Below the pieces are notes generated by a model. It ran no database searches, was not told where the DNA came from, and saw only the letters and a list, made by a program, of their open reading frames with translations. From the NCBI GenBank assembly GCA_963676915.2, contig CAXXVK010000073.1:1-64000 (forward strand): a DNA stretch of 64,000 bases, in the 5' to 3' direction. The translations under genes were made by a program, and so were the position numbers. This document shows positions 57,846-64,000 of the stretch, one piece after another. How positions within the stretch are numbered: the stretch's first letter is position 1; the number at the start of each line of letters is the position of its first letter. This DNA is from Myxococcota bacterium. Its GTDB lineage: Bacteria; Myxococcota_A; SURF-8; G963663525.

Positions 57846-59444
57846 TTATGTAAAATCATTTGGAAGTGCAACTATTTCTCTAATTGCATCAACAAGGTCT
57901 TTGTTGTTGTTACTAGAAATGATCCTGACTAAAAAATCTTCATACTCTTGTTTTTTTTGTTTTAGAACTTTGGCAACAATCGACATTATACCTTTGTTTG
58001 AGAAAATTTTTAAAGCAGCACTGTAATCCTTATCTTGAATAATTCGATTTATCTCAAGTAACTTCTCTGAATAAATTCCATCAACATCGGTTTCCGAAAT
58101 GATTTTCTTTAAAGAATTTTTCAATTCATCGATTCCAATCTTTTTCCTATCAAATTTTTTCAGCTTTTCTTCCACAAGATAACCAACAATATCGGAAACC
58201 ACTCGTTCTTTCGAATTTGAAAGAATCTCAAACAATTCATTCTTTATTTCTTCAATAACTTCATCAAACTTCCTCTCATAGCGGTTGGACATAACCTCTA
58301 TAACTTTTTCAGAAGAAAGAAGATTTTCTATTTCTGCAAAAGGCAACGTGAAAACATTTCTTTTCGCCAAGTACTCGATATCACTTTCAGTTTTAAAATC
58401 ACGATCAACGATGCCTATACAATCAAGCCGATGAACATCCTTTATTGCTGAAAAAGCTGTCGTTGAATGAATAACATCCTTACATCCACCACAAGGAACA
58501 ACAGTATAGTAAGGATAAACATTTCGATAAATGTTGTAATCAAGGCTTGACCGGTCTCCTTCAATAAATAATACGGGTTTTCGGCTACCTACAATTCCCA
58601 ACAACTCCTCTTCTGGTAATTCGCTATCAGGTGGTATTTCATACCAATCCCAAGATTTTCCATCATAATTTCTGAAACATAGCTTTTTCGCCCCACGTCT
58701 TGTCGATGCAAAATCGATATCATGGGTAAGATATACGAAAAGGCAATCAGGTCGTTCAGCTTCGATATTGTCCCAAAGTTTTGCTTGGATCGCTTTATGG
58801 AGATGCAATTCAGGTTCATCTACAATAATGATTCCATCTTGCGGCGCGGCCAATGCTTGACCGATAAGATAGAAAACAACTCTTTCTCCATCGCTCATTT
58901 CGGCACCAGGATACGTCGATTTCTTGTTCGCGATGGATGCCATAATTTTACCGACGTGAATGTCCAATTTTCTGTATGGTAAAATAGATTCCCAAATCCT
59001 TTTAACACTATCTAGCTTCGTTATTGGGGGGGAGATTTTTTCTCTGCACTCTTCTGATCGCTTCTTATAAGTAAAAGACTCTTTCCAATCTTCAGAAAAA
59101 AGGTATTTCATCAACACATCATAATCTTTTATTAAAAGAGTATTAGGTTTACTTTTCCAACGATGTACAGCTTTATGACGAACTTCAGAATCAATACGCC
59201 CGTAAAGAATTTCAGACGTTGCTTGTTTAAAAGATATCGGTTGGCAATATTCAGGCATTTGCAAAGCACGGTGCGCAGATATCCTATGTGCTCGGCGAGC
59301 AACACGTATATCAAGTTTTGCCCCATAGCGAGTTTTCCCCGTACCGTTACCTCCAACGATAACTACAATCCCATTGGTATCAATTTTAATCCAATTAAGT
59401 GGCCAACAATTTGACTCAGGAATAATTAATTTAAATTGTGTCAT
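57846..59444 (-). CDS. ABC-ATPase + TOPRIM (DUF4435-like) fusion, candidate anti-phage protein; AT-rich
   Basis: GGNGTGKT, MSDGE, IIVDEPELHLH, YLTHD, then LFIEG..D, GGC, GIVDRD, EIEN. Confidence 0.75.
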   Translation of the reverse strand: MTQFKLIIPESNCWPLNWIKIDTNGIVVIVGGNGTGKTRYGAKLDIRVARRAHRISAHRALQMPEYCQPISFKQATSEILYGRIDSEVRHKAVHRWKSKPNTLLIKDYDVLMKYLFSEDWKESFTYKKRSEECREKISPPITKLDSVKRIWESILPYRKLDIHVGKIMASIANKKSTYPGAEMSDGERVVFYLIGQALAAPQDGIIIVDEPELHLHKAIQAKLWDNIEAERPDCLFVYLTHDIDFASTRRGAKKLCFRNYDGKSWDWYEIPPDSELPEEELLGIVGSRKPVLFIEGDRSSLDYNIYRNVYPYYTVVPCGGCKDVIHSTTAFSAIKDVHRLDCIGIVDRDFKTESDIEYLAKRNVFTLPFAEIENLLSSEKVIEVMSNRYERKFDEVIEEIKNELFEILSNSKERVVSDIVGYLVEEKLKKFDRKKIGIDELKNSLKKIISETDVDGIYSEKLLEINRIIQDKDYSAALKIFSNKGIMSIVAKVLKQKKQEYEDFLVRIISSNNNKDLVDAIREIVALPNDFT

Positions 59445-59472
59445 TTTTTACTCTCTACCGAATCGTTGTTTT

Positions 59473-61140
59473 TCATCCCCCTTCAGTCCAGCACGCTTGC
59501 ATCCCACTTCGAAGGATCACGTACCAGGTCGCAATCGAGAATCTGGATTCCTCGGAATTTTTGAACGGTGACCAGCAGGCATCAAGGAAGGCCGGGAAAT
59601 CCTCGATACGAATCCAGCGTACGTCTTGATCGGCGATATGCTCGGAAGGCCGGTAGTCGTACGTTCCGTCCTGAACGGAAGTATCCCAGAGGTTCCAGTA
59701 TTCCCAGTCTTTGTATTGCTCCACTGCCCGTTCGTAGTATTTCATCACCATACGTGCTTCGTTCTCGTTGAGCGGATACCCCACACTTAGCGCTTGCATC
59801 AAACTGCTGGCCAGATCGCGGTCGAATTCGTCCTGCGTCTTGGGAAGATCTTCTTCGGGTGTGTTCTGGTAACGCTCGTTGCGCTCGACCAGTCCTTGCA
59901 GCCCTAAAAGGGCATCTTCGGTGTTGCGGTGAATCAAAGCCTGAAACACCCGGGCCAGATGGTGCGAACGAATCAACCAGATATTGAAATAGTGGATACC
60001 GATCGCCGCTTCTTCATACGCATTGCCGGACTCCAACTCGCAATTGTTGTCCAATCCTTCTCCGTAACCATTGTAGGCCACGGCTCGTTTGGCGTTGCAT
60101 TGAGAGTTGTAGATCACCTCGTCCCAAGCTCCGTAACTGGCAAGATCCCCGGCGCCGTCATCCAGTTCTTCGTCGCCGCTCAGACCGGGAATGAAAGGCT
60201 CGCCGTACTTGTCTTTCGTGCGAATCCAATAGTCATGATCCACGATATCCTTGAAAAACAGGTGCAAATGCTCCCAAGCGTCGCTACAGGCTTCGCGCAT
60301 GGCTTCGTCTTCGGCGTATTCGGCGGCGTAACGAATCGTGCCGGACAAACGCATCACCCGCGAAACATCGTCTTTGCTACGCATGTTCGTAATCCACATC
60401 GAACCCCATTTCGGGTTGTTCGGAAACTCGAAACGGTGGCAGTTCCAGCCCTGTCCCTCGTGATACCAGTTGCTGTAATCGACCGAAACTTTGTACCCGT
60501 CGAAGGTGGTGTATTCGTGATTGAAGGGAATGACGTTTCTCGCCATCAGGTGGTGCAACTCATCGTTTTCGTCGTACACCATGCCTTCCATCTGAGCGGT
60601 AACGCCTTTGCAATATTGCTCGGCGACACGCGCCATAGACTCGTCCCCGGTGAGAAGATAGCCGGAAATCGCCGACCCCAGGACTTTGATCGTCCGCGTC
60701 ATCAGATTGTGCCCGCCGTCGGCGGAATCCTCGCTACTGGTTTCGTTATGCACGAACGACACGGTATCGCCGTTTTTCTCGGCATGAGAACCCGTCCACC
60801 AGACCTGCCAGTCTTCTTTTCCGGTAGAAACATCGACGCCATAGCTGGTACGTCGTAGCCAGTTAAAATAATCGATTTTCGCCATAAGTCCTACAAGACG
60901 TTCGGTAAAAGCCCGAACCTCTTCGTCGGAAATCGGCTCTCCGGGATTTTCACGAGCGAAAGAAAACGGCAACTCGTTGGGAAGTCCCTCGGGTTCGGCT
61001 TCCTGCTCCGTGCTTTCCATTTCCACAACATCGTTATCGCCAGGTTGCACGTTCGCCTCGGAGTCGTCCTCTCCGCACCCGATCAAACTTAGAACCAACA
61101 ACATCACGATCGCCCAACGCCATCGACGGCCTGCCTTCAT
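59473..61140 (-). CDS. Hypothetical lipoprotein (helical, acidic); possible frameshift in the last ~25 codons
   Basis: MKAGRR..LIGC lipobox; ~555 aa; no motif recognised. Confidence 0.65.
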   Translation of the reverse strand: MKAGRRWRWAIVMLLVLSLIGCGEDDSEANVQPGDNDVVEMESTEQEAEPEGLPNELPFSFARENPGEPISDEEVRAFTERLVGLMAKIDYFNWLRRTSYGVDVSTGKEDWQVWWTGSHAEKNGDTVSFVHNETSSEDSADGGHNLMTRTIKVLGSAISGYLLTGDESMARVAEQYCKGVTAQMEGMVYDENDELHHLMARNVIPFNHEYTTFDGYKVSVDYSNWYHEGQGWNCHRFEFPNNPKWGSMWITNMRSKDDVSRVMRLSGTIRYAAEYAEDEAMREACSDAWEHLHLFFKDIVDHDYWIRTKDKYGEPFIPGLSGDEELDDGAGDLASYGAWDEVIYNSQCNAKRAVAYNGYGEGLDNNCELESGNAYEEAAIGIHYFNIWLIRSHHLARVFQALIHRNTEDALLGLQGLVERNERYQNTPEEDLPKTQDEFDRDLASSLMQALSVGYPLNENEARMVMKYYERAVEQYKDWEYWNLWDTSVQDGTYDYRPSEHIADQDVRWIRIEDFPAFLDACWSPFKNSEESRFSIATWYVILRSGMQACWTEGG

Positions 61141-61209
61141 GATACCTTCGCTTTCCATTTCGGTGGGTTTTGGATGATGCTCTCTCGAAATTGCAGGCAT
61201 TCATAGCAT

Positions 61210-61236
61210 AAAAAACCCCGCCTGAAAAGGCGGGGT
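61210..61236 (-). terminator. Intrinsic terminator after metF
   Basis: ACCCCGCCT-TTTC-AGGCGGGGT followed by TTTTT on the minus strand. Confidence 0.8.
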
Positions 61237-61275
61237 GAAAACTCTTGCCGGAAACCGGAAAGGTTTCGTGCTGGA

Positions 61276-62202
61276 TCACACTTCGGGACGGGGGTAAAGG
61301 TTCGCCCGTTTGACGATGCCTTCCACCGCTTCTTCCCACTCGATGGCCATGATGTGAATACCGGCCACACCCTCAATTTCCTTCATCTGTTCGATGGTTT
61401 CGTTGAGGATGGTCAGACCTTCTTCTTTGGCCTTTTCTTTGCCCGCATCTTTCATGCGCTTCAGCATTTCCGGGGGCACGTCGATACCGGCGACGTTCTT
61501 CGCCATGTAGTTCGCCATACCGAAGGATTTCATCGGGGTGACGCCAGCGAGGATTTTTACCTTCTCATGCAAACCGCGATCCACCGCTTCTTTCATCCAT
61601 TCTTTGAAGCGATCGACGTTGTAAATGCACTGAGTCTGGATAAAGTCCGCTCCCGCCGCCGCTTTTTTCGCCAGACGCGGCACGCGGATTTTCAGGGGAT
61701 GAGCGAAGGGGTTGGCCGCCGCACCGATAAAGATGCTGGGACCGCCGAACTTGATCTCTTTGCCGCCCTGGAAGAAATTCTCGTCCCGCATCGTCTTGAC
61801 CATGTTGACGAGTTGAATGGAGTCGATGTCGTAGACATTCTTCGCCATCGGGTGATCGCCGAACTGCTGGTGGTCGCCGGATAGGCAGACGAGATTGTTG
61901 ATGCCGTGAGCCGCCGCACCGAGAATATCGGACTGCATGGCAATGCGGTTTCGGTCGCGACAAACCATCTGCATGATGGGGTCCATGCCTTCATCTTTGA
62001 CGATCAGAGCCGCCGCGAAGGAGGACATACGAACCATGGCCGTCTGGTTGTCGGTTATGTTCACGCCATCGACGAAACCTTTGAGCAACCGGGCTTTTTT
62101 GCGCACGATTTCTGCGTCCGCGCCTCGTGGCGGTCCACATTCACCGGTAACGGCAAAATGTCCTGCGGCTAGAACCTTTTCGAGATTGCTGTTCGATTTC
62201 AT
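61276..62202 (-). CDS. metF: Methylenetetrahydrofolate reductase
   Basis: VTGECGPP, NITDN, CRDRNR, LSGD, GADFIQTQ, GIHIM. Confidence 0.92.
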   Translation of the reverse strand: MKSNSNLEKVLAAGHFAVTGECGPPRGADAEIVRKKARLLKGFVDGVNITDNQTAMVRMSSFAAALIVKDEGMDPIMQMVCRDRNRIAMQSDILGAAAHGINNLVCLSGDHQQFGDHPMAKNVYDIDSIQLVNMVKTMRDENFFQGGKEIKFGGPSIFIGAAANPFAHPLKIRVPRLAKKAAAGADFIQTQCIYNVDRFKEWMKEAVDRGLHEKVKILAGVTPMKSFGMANYMAKNVAGIDVPPEMLKRMKDAGKEKAKEEGLTILNETIEQMKEIEGVAGIHIMAIEWEEAVEGIVKRANLYPRPEV

Positions 62203-62867
62203 TCAAGATCCTCCCTCACCTGCTTACGTGGTCCACCGTCACGGCTCGTGCTCCAATCCGGAGTTTCGATCATCTTCTCGTAGGTTTCTTCGAGAACTCC
62301 CAGAGAGTCGAGACGATCGATGATCAACTGCCAGCCACAGGGAACATCTTTATCGATTTCGCAATGCCCGTTTACCGATCCGCCGCACGGACCGTTCATG
62401 ATGCTTTTGGAGCAACGGGTCACCGGGCAGATACCGCCGGTCAGATGCAACTTGCAATCACCGCAAGCCTGGCAGCGTTCACCCCAGTGACCGGCCTTCT
62501 CGTTGACACCGATGAAGGTCGTATCCAGGGCCGGTAACACCACCACACCCGGGAAGCGCTCGGCCATGAACTGGACACCCGCCCCGCAAGCCATGGACAA
62601 CACAACGTCCACATCCTCGAGGTACTCGTCCAACGGATCGAGGTACTCGGTGTCGCACTGGCGTTCGACCGTTACTTCCACCACGTCGAGAGGGTTGCCT
62701 TGTTCGCGACGCGCCAGTTTCAGCGCCGAGGACAACACACCGACTTCCTTGCGGCCACCTGCGCTGCATACCGTGACGCAGCCCTTGCAACCGACCAGTA
62801 GCACTTTTTTGTAGTCTTTCAGAAACTCCTCAATCTTCGCCAAGGGTTTCTGCTGCGCAATGATCAT
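62199..62867 (-). CDS. metV: MTHFR small Zn/FeS subunit
   Basis: GCKGCVTVC, RQC, ACGAG, CQACGDC..CP..CSK..NGPCGG..C..CGW; 4-nt overlap with metF. Confidence 0.88.
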   Translation of the reverse strand: MIIAQQKPLAKIEEFLKDYKKVLLVGCKGCVTVCSAGGRKEVGVLSSALKLARREQGNPLDVVEVTVERQCDTEYLDPLDEYLEDVDVVLSMACGAGVQFMAERFPGVVVLPALDTTFIGVNEKAGHWGERCQACGDCKLHLTGGICPVTRCSKSIMNGPCGGSVNGHCEIDKDVPCGWQLIIDRLDSLGVLEETYEKMIETPDWSTSRDGGPRKQVREDLE

Positions 62868-62910
62868 TGCTCCTCCTTTGCCATCCGCGGCTGATAACTA
62901 TCGCTTCAAG

Positions 62911-63372
62911 CTAGTCCGCCAATTGAGTGTTCCGTTCTTCCGCAACCGAACTCGGAATATCGATCTTACCGGGGCATGGCCCCAGCTCCCGGATTCTCTG
63001 AGTAAACTCGTTGAAAAGATTGGCGAGCTTCGGACCTTCGGCAGCGGAATTGTTATGAAATTCCAGCCGATCGGCTCCGATGTGAGCATCTTCGAGGATC
63101 TGCTTGGCTCGTCGCATCCTTTTTTTGGCTTTGAAATTCCCGCTGATGAAGTGGCAGTCGCCCTCCATACAGCCGATCACCAACACGCCGTCCGCGCCGT
63201 CCAGGAAGGCATCGAGCACTTGCTTGACATCGGCCTTGCCGGAGCATGGAATTCGCACGATACGTACGTTGGTGGGGTAATTCAGGCGCATGGAACCCGC
63301 TAGATCCGCTGCCGCGAAACCGCAATAGTTGCAACAAAACGCAATAATTCTAGGTTCAAAGGGTTCGGACAT
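62911..63372 (-). CDS. mvhD: MvhD/FlpD [2Fe-2S] subunit
   Basis: IIAFCCNYC..AADLAG, RIPCSG, GADGV..GC..GDCHF..GN. Confidence 0.92.
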   Translation of the reverse strand: MSEPFEPRIIAFCCNYCGFAAADLAGSMRLNYPTNVRIVRIPCSGKADVKQVLDAFLDGADGVLVIGCMEGDCHFISGNFKAKKRMRRAKQILEDAHIGADRLEFHNNSAAEGPKLANLFNEFTQRIRELGPCPGKIDIPSSVAEERNTQLAD

Positions 63373-63391
63373 CGATTCACCTCTGCAATAG

Positions 63392-64000
63392 TTAGGCCCG
63401 TGATTCGTCGGAGTCATGGCTCGGTTGTGCCGGAAGGGTCGGCAATTCCCCAAAATCATCCCCCACCGCAACGCGCGTCATCGCCGCGATTTGTGCGTCG
63501 GAGAAATGTTGCAATTGTATTGCCTTACCAGGGCACTCAGAAGCACAGACACCGCAACCTTGGCACTCGGCCGGTTCGATGTACGCTGCACCGTCTTCGC
63601 TATGTATCACGGGAACGCCATATGGGCAAGCTCTTACGCAACAAAGACACACGGCGCACTTGTCGGGATCGACAACCGACACTTGTCCGCCGACCATCAT
63701 TTCGGGTTTTGCCAGTACTGTCGCGGCCTTAGCAGCGGTCGCAGCAGCTTGGGCAATCGTTTCCTCGGCAGGCTTCGGACCGTGGGCAAGTCCGCACAGG
63801 AAGATGCCATCCGACGCAAAACTGACCGGAGCCAGCTTTTGGTGCACCTCCAGGAAGAAGCCGTCGGTCGTTCGCGGCACCTTGAGCAACTCGGCGACAT
63901 TCACACTGTCCTTGGGGGGATCGATAGCCGCCGCCAGGGCGATGCGGTCCGCCGGGAGACTCAACGGACCGGCGGTATCGTCGTTGACTTCGACCACCGG
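63392..64000 (-). CDS. hdrA: Heterodisulfide reductase subunit A family protein, C-terminal part (truncated by window edge)
   Basis: DGFFLEVHQKL.PV..GIFLCG.AHGPK..E..AQA, two ferredoxin motifs (CAVCLCC..CP, CQGCGVC..CP). Confidence 0.85.
   Translation of the reverse strand, partial: PVVEVNDDTAGPLSLPADRIALAAAIDPPKDSVNVAELLKVPRTTDGFFLEVHQKLAPVSFASDGIFLCGLAHGPKPAEETIAQAAATAAKAATVLAKPEMMVGGQVSVVDPDKCAVCLCCVRACPYGVPVIHSEDGAAYIEPAECQGCGVCASECPGKAIQLQHFSDAQIAAMTRVAVGDDFGELPTLPAQPSHDSDESRA

Noticed and set aside
62911-63372. Selenocysteine recoding in MvhD
   Set aside because: All conserved positions are Cys codons and there is no in-frame TGA.
1-64000. tRNA, rRNA or IS elements
   Set aside because: None recognised; no transposase-like ORF in the six-frame track.

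Overview
Chromosomal window from an anaerobic, Gram-negative, deltaproteobacterium/Myxococcota-like organism (inferred from waaA-lpxK, Cys-rich myxobacteria-type surface proteins, hdrA-mvhD-metV-metF and Na+-pumping decarboxylase subunits). The main feature is a ~20 kb minus-strand virion-morphogenesis cluster (3626-23750). It encodes terminase, portal, scaffold, major capsid protein, head fibre, neck, tail tube, an HslV/proteasome-like Ntn peptidase, a G/GT chaperone pair with an A_AAA_AAC slippery site, a ~294-aa tape measure, two Dit-like paralogues, a hub, three GHDH-motif paralogues and a holin-like gene. It sits between bioF and a cNMP-binding gene with no recognisable integrase, repressor, replication gene or endolysin, so it is a candidate new gene-transfer-agent-like (domesticated phage) system. 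The window also has an HxsD-HxsB pair plus an HxsC-like radical SAM gene with no visible His-Xaa-Ser precursor, split by a ~1855-aa Ig-like/Cys-repeat lipoprotein; a Tat-lipoprotein TldD with a signal-less TldE; a tetraheme cytochrome lipoprotein behind a class II CRP/FNR-type promoter; a small surface-glycan cluster; and an AT-rich ABC-ATPase-TOPRIM gene that may be anti-phage. Many genes at 16-28 kb, and hxsB, are split by single-base indels in short homopolymers, most likely long-read sequencing errors. All family calls come from motif recognition by eye, not database searches.
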